This document shows, piece by piece, positions 42,522 through 52,862 of a DNA stretch of 64,000 bases. The DNA lies in assembly GCA_963845065.1 (NCBI GenBank), contig CAWJQQ010000005.1, positions 32,001 to 96,000 on the forward strand, written 5' to 3'. The notes below the pieces were generated by a model. The model saw nothing but the letters and a program-made list of their open reading frames with translations, did no database searches and was not told the origin of the DNA. Every line of letters begins with the position of its first letter. The stretch's first letter is position 1. This DNA is from Nitrospirota bacterium (GTDB taxonomy: Bacteria > Nitrospirota > UBA9217). The position numbers and the translations under genes are program-made.

Positions 42522-43706
42522 CTACGAGATCAGGCCGAACTTTCTTCCGACTTTCTCGATCACGTTGAGCACCCGGTCGAGCATTTCGTCGGTATGGGTT
42601 GCCATGTAGCTCGTACGGATGAGGCAGCGACCCAGCGGGGTGGCCGGTGGAACTACGGGATTCACGAACACCCCCTCATCGAACAAGGTTTTCCACATCA
42701 GGAACGTCCGCTCCATTTCACCTATGACGAGCGGGATGATCGGCGTCGCGGCGACGCCCGTGTCGTAGCCCATCTGTTTGAACGCCTCCATCATCTTGCG
42801 CGCGTTGTGCCATAGCCGCTCCCTTCGTTCCGGTTCCCGATCGATGATATCAAGCGCTGCGATGACCGCCGCCACCGAGGCCGGCGGAGGGCTTGCGGAA
42901 AAAATGAGCGGACGGGAGTTATGCTTCATGTAATGGATCACATCAATGTCAGCCGCGGCGAATCCGCCGATGGATGCCATGGATTTGCTGTAGGTGCCCA
43001 TGATCACATCCACTTCCTTCTCGAGGCCAAAATGTTCGGCGGTCCCGCGGCCGGTCTTGCCCAGAACCCCTATGCCATGAGCGTCGTCCACCATGAGCCG
43101 TGCCCCGTGTTTTCTGCAGACCTTGATGATGTCGGGGAGCGGCGCGATGTCTCCCTCCATGCTGTATACACCGTCAACGACCACAAGTTTGCCTCGTTTC
43201 CCACTTTCCTTGAGGATATATTCGAGGCTGTCCATGTCGTTGTGCTTGAACTTTTTGGTATCGGCGAATGATAGCCTGCAGGCGTCAACAATGCTCGCGT
43301 GATCGAGTTTGTCGATTACGACTACGTCGTCCTTGCCTGCAAGGGCGGATATGATTCCGAGGTTTGTTTGATATCCTGTGGAAAAGGTGAGTGCCGCGTC
43401 CTTGCGAAAGAACGAGGCAAGATTTTCTTCCAGTTTCACATGGATGTCAAGCGTTCCGTTCAAGAAGCGAGAGCCTGCGCAGCCGCTGCCATATTTCATT
43501 ACAGCTTCGATGGCCGCTTGCTTTACTTTAGGATGGCTGGTAAGCCCGAGATAATTGTTCGACCCAAGCATAATCATCTTCTTGCCCTCGACGACAACCT
43601 CGGGGCTCTGCTCCGATTCCACGACGTGAAAATACGGATAAAAGCCGGCGGCCATAACCTCTTTCGCGGCCGTAAACTTCCGGCATTTTTCGAACAAATC
43701 TGTCAT
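42522..43706 (-). CDS. spt: Serine palmitoyltransferase (alpha-oxoamine synthase, PLP-dependent)
   Basis: [53 protein letters not shown] (PLP Lys) and FSAS motifs; GAGGAGG RBS before the ATG at 43706. Confidence 0.8.
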   Translation of the reverse strand: MTDLFEKCRKFTAAKEVMAAGFYPYFHVVESEQSPEVVVEGKKMIMLGSNNYLGLTSHPKVKQAAIEAVMKYGSGCAGSRFLNGTLDIHVKLEENLASFFRKDAALTFSTGYQTNLGIISALAGKDDVVVIDKLDHASIVDACRLSFADTKKFKHNDMDSLEYILKESGKRGKLVVVDGVYSMEGDIAPLPDIIKVCRKHGARLMVDDAHGIGVLGKTGRGTAEHFGLEKEVDVIMGTYSKSMASIGGFAAADIDVIHYMKHNSRPLIFSASPPPASVAAVIAALDIIDREPERRERLWHNARKMMEAFKQMGYDTGVAATPIIPLVIGEMERTFLMWKTLFDEGVFVNPVVPPATPLGRCLIRTSYMATHTDEMLDRVLNVIEKVGRKFGLIS

Positions 43707-43744
43707 TCTTGCCTCCTCAGCCCTCAATGAAGTTGGTTCTGTTA

Positions 43745-44743
43745 CTACAGCCATTTGTTTTTTCTGTACCATTGCCATGTAAGTTCCAGCCCTTTCTCCA
43801 AAGGATGCTCCGTCCGAAAGCGGAGGTCATCCTCGGTCTTGCCAACGTCGCAAAGCCAATATCTCTGAGCTGCTTCCCGTACCTTCTGCCTGTTGGTTAG
43901 TGCCGGTCTTTTGCTAAACAGGCTTCCGATTTCAGAAGCGAGGCCGATCAGGTATGCCGCTCCGTAAGGAATTTTTATCGTGCGCGCCTTAACATCGCCA
44001 GTGGCAAGCAACAACGCCCTGACTTCCGACCACGAGTAGGGCCTCTTCTCCGCGACAAAATATACGCTGCCGCTCTGCGTCCTATGCTCGGCTGAAAGAA
44101 GCAGCGCCACTGCCAGGTCTTCGACATAGCACAGGTTGAGATATCGATCTCCCCCAGTAACCTCGAGAGTCAGGCCGCGACTGGCCCAGCGAAACAGTTC
44201 GTAAATATCCACATCTCTCGGTCCATAGATGCTCGATGGCCTGAGAATCACGATAGGGAGACGGTCTTTGTAATTACGAACCTCGTTTTCTGCAAGCAGC
44301 TTGCTTCTGCCGTAATCAGACACAGGATGTGGTATGTCGACATCTTTGACCGGTCGTCCGTCCGAGCTCGGACCTGCCGCCGCCTGACTGGAGACCAATA
44401 CAAATTTCTCAATACCGGGATTATATCGTGCACAAGCTTCTACAAGATTTTTTGTGCCGAGTTGGTTCACTAGATAATAATCGTGAGCGTGTAAAGCTTT
44501 GGTAAGTCCAGCGCAGTGGAATACGATTGAGACTCCTTGCACGGCACCGGCAAGCGATTCTGGCTGCGTACAGTCGCCGTGCACCAGTCGCACGTCCATT
44601 CCCTCAAGCCAGCGCAAATGAAGAGGATCTCTTACCAAACAGGTTAGTGCATAACCGTTTCGAAGAAGCAGTTCGACAAGATGACTTCCCACAAAACCTG
44701 TTCCGCCCGTAACCAGTACACGTCGTGAACCCTCTCCCGCCAT
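43745..44743 (-). CDS. Extended SDR / NAD-dependent epimerase-dehydratase; candidate ceramide or ketosphinganine reductase (CerR-like role)
   Basis: [21 protein letters not shown] (YxxxK) and RPSSIYGP motifs; first gene of the spt operon. Confidence 0.75.
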   Translation of the reverse strand: MAGEGSRRVLVTGGTGFVGSHLVELLLRNGYALTCLVRDPLHLRWLEGMDVRLVHGDCTQPESLAGAVQGVSIVFHCAGLTKALHAHDYYLVNQLGTKNLVEACARYNPGIEKFVLVSSQAAAGPSSDGRPVKDVDIPHPVSDYGRSKLLAENEVRNYKDRLPIVILRPSSIYGPRDVDIYELFRWASRGLTLEVTGGDRYLNLCYVEDLAVALLLSAEHRTQSGSVYFVAEKRPYSWSEVRALLLATGDVKARTIKIPYGAAYLIGLASEIGSLFSKRPALTNRQKVREAAQRYWLCDVGKTEDDLRFRTEHPLEKGLELTWQWYRKNKWL

Positions 44744-45099
44744 CCTCCCTCCCCGTCCAACACTTACCTAAGTGTATCCATATTATCGGCAATGTCAAGA
44801 AGTAACCGTTACATCTCAAGATCACCTTAACATGATTATTAAGTTTTTCTTCCTAAAGTTCTAGTGTCTGTTCTACGACAGCGGGATACTCCAGAATCCC
44901 AACCAGTAATATAACTTCTATAGTTACAAAACTACCGTCAAGTCCGCCATCTATTCTATGGACACTGCAATGCAATTCTTCGGAGTTCTTAAAGTATACA
45001 TATTACTACCAGAAGACCGCGTGAGTTTTTTGACTACATGTCTTGCGACCCGATAATCTTTTTTTTAGCGTTTATCTTTCAGCTAAAGGTTCAGTCACG

Positions 45100-45225
45100 C
45101 AAAGCCTCCGAAAATCTCACCGACCCGGCAGAAGAAGTGTAGATTGCGAATTAATTCACAAGAACGATGATCGAAGACCTCGAAACAGCAATGGAGCAAT
45201 TAAAAGAAATCGCTGAGGATTATAT
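45100..45225 (+). pseudogene. Possible C-terminal remnant of a type I R-M methyltransferase (HsdM)
   Basis: ASENLTDP ... MIEDLETAMEQLKEIAED resembles the HsdM C-terminal tail; stops lie between the two blocks. Confidence 0.35.
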
Positions 45226-45316
45226 GAAGCATTCCCTGAAACAGGAGCCCCACTTCAGAATGATTGGCGCACTCGTTGATGATGCGAAAGACTTTCTTTG
45301 TCATACCGTGCGTCAT

Positions 45317-45976
45317 TTATTGCTCTTTGCAGACAATATTCGCGAAGTAGCTCTCAGCCGACGTGCCGGTGTGTTGGGAATTGATCTGTATCCTGACGGC
45401 TTCGACGTCGCCCGGCTCCCCGCCGAAGAGTTTCCTGTAATCGTCGTAAACGTTACGTGTCTCGGTTATCCAGGAGCCTGTTCCGGTCTTGCCTGAACGA
45501 ATGACGACGGCCTTGATGGACATGAAGAAGGGAGCGGCCGCGGACGCCATGGTCCCCTGCGGCGCTGTTGTGTCCCATATATAGACTATCGCCCGGGTCT
45601 TGGAAAAAGCGAGAAAAAGCTGGGCAGCCTGGTCGTCGGTATTTGAATTTCTGAAATCTCCTCCGTCGGGCAGCTTCGTCACCTTCCACTTCCATGTGAG
45701 GATTGGGTACTGCTTGAGATTAACGTGAACTTCCTTCTGCAAGGAAAAGGAGGTATTCGCGCTGCGCATGCGCACAGCGGAGACTCCATTGTCCTTGACG
45801 ACTGCGAAATCCGCTTTTCCTGTTTTTTCCTTAACCTGCCACCCGGCGGGTACGCCGGTGGCATCTACCGTGGACGCGAAGTCTGCGATCACTACCTGGC
45901 CTGTGGCCCAGACGGGGACAGAACACATCATGACAATTACCAAAACGGTCCTCCACTTCAACGGAAACGATGACAT
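45317..45976 (-). CDS. DUF3047-family exported protein
   Basis: Signal peptide; YPILTWKWKV, DDQAAQLF, IVYIWD, W.TETRNVYDDYRKLFG and YFANI motifs; GAGGAGG RBS before the ATG at 45976. Confidence 0.8.
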   Translation of the reverse strand: MSSFPLKWRTVLVIVMMCSVPVWATGQVVIADFASTVDATGVPAGWQVKEKTGKADFAVVKDNGVSAVRMRSANTSFSLQKEVHVNLKQYPILTWKWKVTKLPDGGDFRNSNTDDQAAQLFLAFSKTRAIVYIWDTTAPQGTMASAAAPFFMSIKAVVIRSGKTGTGSWITETRNVYDDYRKLFGGEPGDVEAVRIQINSQHTGTSAESYFANIVCKEQ

Positions 45977-46409
45977 AAGCACCTCCTCAGAAATATGTCT
46001 ACTTTTTGATAGTTTCGGCTCCCCATGCTGAACGAGCAAACCTTATGCAAATAATACAGGATATTTTTTGGCCATTATTTAGACAAAACCAAGAAATGAC
46101 TCAAGAATTTTTTCGCGTTTATTCGCGAAACTATCATAGATCGCTCCCTGCATATAATATCGCGCGTATGATAATATTAATACTACCTGAAGCTCGCGAC
46201 TCCAACTTTTTTGATCATATCATATTAAAACCCCTGCTGACCATACGGAAAATGTAATACCATGCAAATATCAGAGACCATAAACACTTTCAAGATGAAG
46301 CAGTTCATGACTCTGAATCAGAGCACGCAAGATCAGAACAATAGGCTGCTAGATCATGCAGCATTTCGTCGTGGAAACATGTCGAGTTTCATTCTGTATT
46401 CTAACAATA

Positions 46410-46695
46410 AACCCTCGCTAGTTGATAATCATATGAAGGCACCTCTGCATATCAGAGAGGGTTGGCTCTCTGATATGCTTTAAGGAATGAAGCCCATTCT
46501 AACCTTGGGGATACTTTATGAAATTGTACTCGGGATTAGACCTACATTCAAGCAACATGTACCTAGCAATTGATGATGAGATCGGCAAACGTCTTTTCAA
46601 GAGGAGGCTTCCGAATGATCGTGAGCTTATTCTGTCGACTCTTAAATATTATAAAAACGACATAGTCGGCATCGTGGTAGCGTTCACTTATAAAA
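46410..46695 (+). mobile_element. IS110-family remnant: left non-coding end plus the first ~58 codons of the transposase
   Basis: MKLYSGLDLHSSNMYLAI...KRRLPND...GIVVAFTY is the IS110 DEDD RuvC N-terminus (GIDLHS...VVESTY). Perfect 13-bp hairpin at 46447-46478. Left boundary approximate. Confidence 0.75.
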
Positions 46696-46801
46696 TGCGC
46701 TTAAAAAAGGCATTAGACGGAGTTGGGGTGAGGGCTTCCCTAATATCTGATCCTACCAATAGTGCTAATTATTGGCCCTTGCGGGCGCTGACATTCGCCC
46801 T

Positions 46802-49800
46802 TCACATCTCACATACCGGACCCATAGCTTTTCGGAAACGTGTCAAACATGCATCAAGGACTAGCACTAGTCGTTCGGCTTCATCCAGTCGTCCCTGCTG
46901 GGCCGCTGTCTCAATCGCTTCCGCCGCTGAGGTTATCTCCCGTGCACTCATATTCGCCGCCGCGCCCTTGATAGTGTGCGCCTGGGTTTCTATATTATGT
47001 GCATTACCGCTTTCGATAGAACTGGCCAGCTGCTCAACATGTTTCGACGTCGATGAAAGAAACAACGCAACCATATCTGTCAGAAGCTTTTTGTCGCCAC
47101 CGAGCCGGTCCAGGAGATCTTCACAGTCGAAAACGCTGGAGGATACTATTGCCATCGGTCTCTTCAAGGATACCGTCTCGTCATAATGATGCATGAGTTT
47201 TTCTTCGATGGCGGCCTGCAGCTCTCTCGGCTGAACAGGTTTGGAAATGTATCCGTTCATGCCAGCTTCATGGCACCGGTCCCGGTCAGCCTGAGCGGCA
47301 TGAGCAGTCATGGCAATAATCGGGACCGCATGATCAAGCACCGCTGACCCGGGGGTGCGAATGATCCTCGTTGCTTCAAGGCCATCCATACCCGGCATCT
47401 GCACATCCATCAGGACAAGCTGGTACCGCGTAGTTTCGAGCGCTTTAACCGCATCGCTTCCGGAGGCAACGACAACAGCTCGATAGCCCATTTTTTCCAG
47501 CATCCTGGTAGCCACTTTCTGGTTTACGACATTATCTTCTGCGAGCAGGATGCGGATGTTACCCCGCCTGATCTCGCTCATGGAATGACGTGTAATTATG
47601 TTTCTGTCTCGACGTGGCCGGCTTTCTCGCGCAAGTACGATCCTTAAGACATCTGACAGATCACATTCTGAAACGGGTTTTGTGAGATAGGCCGCGAATC
47701 CTATCTCCTCCATGCGTTTTGCATCACCGGCCTGCCCCACGGAGGTCGTCATCACTAACCTGATGTCCTCTAGAGCCGGATCGGACTTGATCGCGCGTCC
47801 CAGCATTTCTCCGTCCATTCCCCGTAAGTCCCGGTCCAAAATTGCTGCGTGGTATGGAGCGCCTTTGTTCGCAGCTTGCTGTAGTGCTTTGATGGCGACG
47901 GGGCCATCTTCTGCGATGACAACTTTGGCGCCTTTGGACTTAAGCAGATCGGTCAAAGCCGTTCGGCTAGGAGCATTGCTGTCCACGAGCAGAATGCGGG
48001 AATTATTTAACTCGGCAAGAGTTGTCATCGTCAAGCCCGGAGTTGACTGTTTTTCGAAATACACGGTAAACCAAAATTCCGCTCCCTTACCTTCCTCGCT
48101 GATCACACTAATGTCGCCGCCCATCAGACCGACCAGTTGCTTAGATATGGCGAGGCCTAGGCCGGTACCACCGTATTTTCGCGTGATCGACGAATCAACT
48201 TGTGAAAAACTCTGAAAGAGCAGCTTCTGTTTTTCTGCGGAAATACCGATTCCTGAATCGATGACTGAAAAACGCAGTTCCACGCTGCGTTCTGTCTCCG
48301 AAAGAAGACTGATGCGAACTACGATCCTTCCCCGCGTCGTAAATTTAACAGAATTACCCGCCAGGTTGTATAGCACCTGCCGCAGTCGGCCAGGATCTCC
48401 GGTGAGGTAAGAAGGAACCTCGGGGTCAACGCTGCAGAAAAATTCCAGCCCTTTATTTCTCGCTTGTACCACGATCATGACCCGGAAGTCATCGAGCATG
48501 GCGCGAAGGTCGAAATTGATCTTTTCAATGGTTAACTTGCCCGCCTCCATTTTAGAAAAATCGAGAATGTCATTAATCAGTTTGAGAAGATTCTCCCCGC
48601 TCAAGCGTACGATCTCAGCATATTCGTGCTGCTCGTTAGTCAGTTTCGTATCCAGTAGCAGGTTGGTCATGCCGATGACGCCATTCATAGGAGTCCGGAT
48701 CTCATGGCTCATATTGGCAAGAAACTCGCTTTTAGCAATATTGGCCGCCTCGGCTTGTCTGGTCATGGCGTTGGCTCGCCCGATCGCCTCCTCGAGTTCA
48801 CGGTTAGACGATTGTAGCTCGTCCATGGCCGATCTCAGCGCCGCTTCCGCTTTCTTACGCTCCGAAATGTCTCGCAAAATGCCTTCCACTCCAACGGGTC
48901 TCCGTGCATCGTCCAGAAGCATATGAGCACTTAAAGAAACCAGTACCATGCCACCATTTTTGGTTTTCATCTGAAGCTCATGGTCAGACACCTCACCTCT
49001 CGTGGATAGAAGAGTAAGAAGTTTCTCCCGCTCCCTAGGATCGGCATACACATTAGTGACCGGTTTTCCAAGTAGTTCCTCGCGCTGAAAACCGCCGTAT
49101 CGATACACCGACGGACTGATTTCTACTATATTGCCGTCAAGGTCTGTCTGGTAAAAGACGTCCTGGATGTTCTGAAAAATCATTCGGTATTGGTTTTCGC
49201 TTTTCTGGCGTTCTTTCTCGGCGTGTTTACGCTCTGAAATATCCTGGGCCACAAGCACCATACCATCCACGCATTCACCCTTCCGCATGATAGATGCCGA
49301 AAGTAATACTGGGATTTCCTTACTATTTTTTGCACACAATAGCTCTTCAATGTTGTTGATATGGCCTTCAAGCATAACAGTTTTCCTGAATGCGAAACGC
49401 TCCGACCAGGCTCCACTGAAAATGACTGAAACTTCCTTCCCAATGAGCTCGTGTTCTTCATACCCTAATACAGTGAGCGTCGCTGCGTTGACCCGTACGA
49501 TCTTCTCATCTGGAGACAGAACGATCAATGCGTTAATCATGCTCTCGACGATATTATCCATATAATCCTTGGAAACCGTTACTGAGTTAAGATCGTCGAT
49601 CATCTTGTTAAAGCTATCTACGAGGATTTTCACCTCGCCCGTCGCGTTGATTTCCGTTTTTTGGAAGATATTTGAAGCGGCAAGGCGAGACACTGCATGA
49701 GACAGTTCAAGGATGGGGTTGAAGATAATTTTCCTCGATATGACAAAGAGAATATAACCGAGTAGTGTGGAGAATACAAGGGTGAGTGCGAGTACGGAAA

Positions 49801-50341
49801 CCACTGTTCGAAAGATTTGTTGATACATTCGATGCTTAGACAAGCCGACAGCTACAGAGCCTATTTCAAGAGGATTTACCTGGATAGGCACGCTAACTTC
49901 AAGCAAGGGTTCATGCTTCCCGAGCTTAGTGAGAATGTCTTCCACGCTAATGCCCTTCGGGAATTTCGATAGTACAACGTTTAATCTGGGCGAGTGATAA
50001 TTAATACTGGCGAATTGCGAAGTCAGCGGCCGTCCTTCCGTGTCGCGAACAACGGCATAGACGATATCCTCCCCCTTTTCTATATTGTTGACAATGGAAT
50101 CCAGTTGGGTCCAGTCTTTAGCAATCAACGGCTCTTTGCTCAAACCAGCGATATAGGATGCAAGGTTCCATCCACTTAATTCTAGCGTCTGTTCAAAAGC
50201 TCGTTTTTCAATGCCTGCGATGATGATGTTTCCGAGAACCAGCCCGGTGAGAAGCAGTACAACCATAGCGCTTAGAAATTGCAGGCGAATGCTTTTTTTT
50301 ACTGCAGATTTTATCATAAACCGTCTTTCCGGGTTACTCAA
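46802..50341 (-). CDS. Hybrid sensor histidine kinase (TM-HAMP-PAS-PAS-HisKA-HATPase-REC-REC-Hpt)
   Basis: FLANMSHEIRTPMNG, GDPGRLRQVL.NL.GN, DSGIGI, YGGTGLGL, two REC domains and Hpt AHTIKGAA. Confidence 0.93.
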   Translation of the reverse strand: MSNPERRFMIKSAVKKSIRLQFLSAMVVLLLTGLVLGNIIIAGIEKRAFEQTLELSGWNLASYIAGLSKEPLIAKDWTQLDSIVNNIEKGEDIVYAVVRDTEGRPLTSQFASINYHSPRLNVVLSKFPKGISVEDILTKLGKHEPLLEVSVPIQVNPLEIGSVAVGLSKHRMYQQIFRTVVSVLALTLVFSTLLGYILFVISRKIIFNPILELSHAVSRLAASNIFQKTEINATGEVKILVDSFNKMIDDLNSVTVSKDYMDNIVESMINALIVLSPDEKIVRVNAATLTVLGYEEHELIGKEVSVIFSGAWSERFAFRKTVMLEGHINNIEELLCAKNSKEIPVLLSASIMRKGECVDGMVLVAQDISERKHAEKERQKSENQYRMIFQNIQDVFYQTDLDGNIVEISPSVYRYGGFQREELLGKPVTNVYADPREREKLLTLLSTRGEVSDHELQMKTKNGGMVLVSLSAHMLLDDARRPVGVEGILRDISERKKAEAALRSAMDELQSSNRELEEAIGRANAMTRQAEAANIAKSEFLANMSHEIRTPMNGVIGMTNLLLDTKLTNEQHEYAEIVRLSGENLLKLINDILDFSKMEAGKLTIEKINFDLRAMLDDFRVMIVVQARNKGLEFFCSVDPEVPSYLTGDPGRLRQVLYNLAGNSVKFTTRGRIVVRISLLSETERSVELRFSVIDSGIGISAEKQKLLFQSFSQVDSSITRKYGGTGLGLAISKQLVGLMGGDISVISEEGKGAEFWFTVYFEKQSTPGLTMTTLAELNNSRILLVDSNAPSRTALTDLLKSKGAKVVIAEDGPVAIKALQQAANKGAPYHAAILDRDLRGMDGEMLGRAIKSDPALEDIRLVMTTSVGQAGDAKRMEEIGFAAYLTKPVSECDLSDVLRIVLARESRPRRDRNIITRHSMSEIRRGNIRILLAEDNVVNQKVATRMLEKMGYRAVVVASGSDAVKALETTRYQLVLMDVQMPGMDGLEATRIIRTPGSAVLDHAVPIIAMTAHAAQADRDRCHEAGMNGYISKPVQPRELQAAIEEKLMHHYDETVSLKRPMAIVSSSVFDCEDLLDRLGGDKKLLTDMVALFLSSTSKHVEQLASSIESGNAHNIETQAHTIKGAAANMSAREITSAAEAIETAAQQGRLDEAERLVLVLDACLTRFRKAMGPVCEM

Positions 50342-51308
50342 TGATACGCTGGGCCGCTTTGAGAATATCAGGGGGGATAATAAAGTCCCCTTTGTGCGCC
50401 GTGCCCCTATTTAAAATCAGACTGAAAGACCTAGCTCTTTCAATTGGAATAGAGGACGGTTTAGCACCGCGAAGTATTTTGACGGCTTTCTTTCCCGACA
50501 AGCTACCAACAACGTCGAAATCGGCACAAACACCCAGCAGCGCACCTTTCTCCACTAAATCCTCAAGGTGGGTGACAGTTACGATTTTGGCTCTGTTCGC
50601 CAGCTCGACGATCAGCGAAAGTTGATCAGTTACCACTGGACAACCCGTGAGATACAACGCGTCCGAGTTGCGCAACACTTCGGGCAAAATCGCCTCAATA
50701 TCCTCTCTACTGGCCATGGGGGCTGGTAAAAGGTCAATGCTGAATCGTGCATGCACCGCCTGCAGATCACGTAGTTCGGACTCTGAGTTCTTTTCTCCAA
50801 TGGTATAAAGTACGGCGAGCCGTTTTACCGAGGTGAATTGAACAAGCCTCTCCATTATCCGATCCATAGGAATCTTATTGCTTACGCCGGTTGTGTTGTT
50901 GCCCGAACTTCGCCATGATTTCGCAATTCCCGCTTCTACCGGATCATACACGACGCTGAATACTAGCGGGACTTCCTTTATCTCGCGCGCGGTTGGGACC
51001 GCAGCGGATGTGCCGAGTGTAAAGATTAAATCTAACTTCGCTTCGGCGAATTGCCGAACTAGCTCTGCCATTTTCGCCTTGTTGCCCATGGCATTCTCCA
51101 TAATGATTTCCGTGTGCGGTTTCCGATATCCGGCCTTGTCCAGAACATCACGGATACCGCTCACCGCTTCATGGTATCGAAGTGCATCACTGAACATTAA
51201 TATGCCGATTTTTTTGTTTTCCGACGCGTTAGTGTTTGATAGAGGTATGAACGGTATGACCGCCAGCATCATGGTGATGAGGATGAGTAGCATAAGGCAA
51301 CGATTCAT
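50334..51308 (-). CDS. Periplasmic ABC_sub_bind-type substrate-binding protein
   Basis: Signal peptide; VYDPVEAG, GNNTTGVS, EKNS and KILRGAKPSSIPIE motifs; overlaps the kinase ORF. Confidence 0.85.
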   Translation of the reverse strand: MNRCLMLLILITMMLAVIPFIPLSNTNASENKKIGILMFSDALRYHEAVSGIRDVLDKAGYRKPHTEIIMENAMGNKAKMAELVRQFAEAKLDLIFTLGTSAAVPTAREIKEVPLVFSVVYDPVEAGIAKSWRSSGNNTTGVSNKIPMDRIMERLVQFTSVKRLAVLYTIGEKNSESELRDLQAVHARFSIDLLPAPMASREDIEAILPEVLRNSDALYLTGCPVVTDQLSLIVELANRAKIVTVTHLEDLVEKGALLGVCADFDVVGSLSGKKAVKILRGAKPSSIPIERARSFSLILNRGTAHKGDFIIPPDILKAAQRIIE

Positions 51309-51338
51309 ACCGACCCCCTAGAGAACAGAATATCTGCA

Positions 51339-52862
51339 CTACTCGCTCAGTTTGGCATACGTTTCATCAAAAAGTGAAACCATATCTCTGAAAGCGTCCA
51401 ACACCTGTGGATCGAAATGCTGAGGGTCGGTTCTGTTGTCGCCTTCTGTGATAATCCTGACAGTCGTCGCATGATTAAACGCTGCCTTGTAAGGCCTTTC
51501 GCTGCGCAAGGCATCATACTGATCTGCAAGGTTCAAGATTCTTCCCTCGATCGGTATCCGCTCGCCCTTGAGACCTGCGGGATATCCGCTACCGTTCCAT
51601 CGTTCGTGATGCGTCAAGGCAATATTCCGGGCCATGCCGAAGACTGGATGATCGCCGATGATTGTCCCACCGTAAACTGTATGCAGCTTCATAATTTCCC
51701 ATTCCGAATCTGTTAATTTGCCCTTTTTCCCGAGAATCTGGGGTGGGACTTTGATCTTTCCGACATCATGCAGCGTAGCCTGTACGCGAATAGTATTGAT
51801 AAATTTGTCCGGCAGTCCTATTCTCTTTGCCAGAATGGCGCAATATTCACCAACCCGTAAGATGTGACTTCCCGTGTCCTCATCATTGGCCTCGGATGCC
51901 CGCGCGAGAGCATAGACCGTATATTCGAATGCGGACTCCGTCCTCTTCACCTGGGAGGCGAGCGATTTAAGGAACAGGCTCTGCGCAACAACGCTGTTCA
52001 GAACGTCAGCCTCATATCGAGATACATCTTTGCCGTAATTCAAGGCGAACAGGCACAGCTCGGTGCTTAGATAAGCCACTATATTTACCACAGATATGCC
52101 CTGTGCCCTGAGTAGCGTAGCAAATCCTATCAGGTCGGATTTCTCTATCTCCTGTTCGTTCACAAAATGGCTGCGATAGCCACCTTTTTCAGGAAGATTC
52201 AAGCATTTCCGCAGATCCAGCACAGAAATCATCTTGTGCAACGAGTCGGAGTCGGAATCATAGCTGTGCCATTGCCAGGAGCCTTGTTCTTCCGGGAGGC
52301 AAACAATAACGGCCTCGGGTCTGCTATTCATGTCGTGGCTTGTCCCCATTAGCGACATGACCATAGCGTCGATTCTCGATTGATAATCGAACTCGATAGG
52401 ATCGAACAAAATGATGCTCTCTCTCCCGAAGGTGATAAGATCTGCCATCATTTGATGCGAGCTGTGCAGTCGGTCATTGAGGTCCTTCATCTTCAATAGC
52501 ATCTTGATTCGCGCCAACACCTCTCCCCGGTCAAACGGCTTAGTGATAAAATCATCGGCGCCCGCCTCGATCCCCTTGACCCGGTTTTGAGTCGACGACA
52601 AAGCCGTGATCAGTACAACCGGAATATGACGTAACTGCTCATCATTTTTAATGGTTCTGCAAATCTCAAAGCCATCAACTTCCGGCATCATCACATCCAG
52701 AAGCGCAATGTCTGGCTTCTGTTCTGTAAGCATCGACAATGCGGTCTGGCCGTTATCCGCCGTAACAACATTGTACCCGTCACGCGCCAGCATAACTTCG
52801 AGCATTTTAATATTCACTGGCACGTCATCGGCACAGAGGATTAATGGTTTTCGTTTGGTCAT
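51339..52862 (-). CDS. Response regulator with HD-GYP output (RpfG-like)
   Basis: REC (ADDVPVN, LLDVMMP, TKP); DEDTGSHILRV, LHDVGK, HHERWNGSGYP and DQYDALRSERPYK motifs. Confidence 0.92.
   Translation of the reverse strand: MTKRKPLILCADDVPVNIKMLEVMLARDGYNVVTADNGQTALSMLTEQKPDIALLDVMMPEVDGFEICRTIKNDEQLRHIPVVLITALSSTQNRVKGIEAGADDFITKPFDRGEVLARIKMLLKMKDLNDRLHSSHQMMADLITFGRESIILFDPIEFDYQSRIDAMVMSLMGTSHDMNSRPEAVIVCLPEEQGSWQWHSYDSDSDSLHKMISVLDLRKCLNLPEKGGYRSHFVNEQEIEKSDLIGFATLLRAQGISVVNIVAYLSTELCLFALNYGKDVSRYEADVLNSVVAQSLFLKSLASQVKRTESAFEYTVYALARASEANDEDTGSHILRVGEYCAILAKRIGLPDKFINTIRVQATLHDVGKIKVPPQILGKKGKLTDSEWEIMKLHTVYGGTIIGDHPVFGMARNIALTHHERWNGSGYPAGLKGERIPIEGRILNLADQYDALRSERPYKAAFNHATTVRIITEGDNRTDPQHFDPQVLDAFRDMVSLFDETYAKLSE

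Noticed and set aside
42522..43706. Annotation as bioF (8-amino-7-oxononanoate synthase) or kbl
   Set aside because: No bio or tdh genes nearby; the motifs and the bCerS-like and SDR neighbours favour SPT. Not excluded without a phylogeny.
45085..45135. ACGCAAAGCCTCCG, resembling part of the c-di-GMP-I riboswitch
   Set aside because: The upstream GGCAAAC...GAAA P2 stem and downstream pairing are missing, and the same bases fit a protein remnant; an Infernal search with the c-di-GMP-I model would settle it.
46696..47186. C-terminal ~160 aa of the 222-aa ORF at 46518
   Set aside because: Only the first ~58 codons look like IS110; the rest is read-through into the antisense strand of the hybrid kinase.
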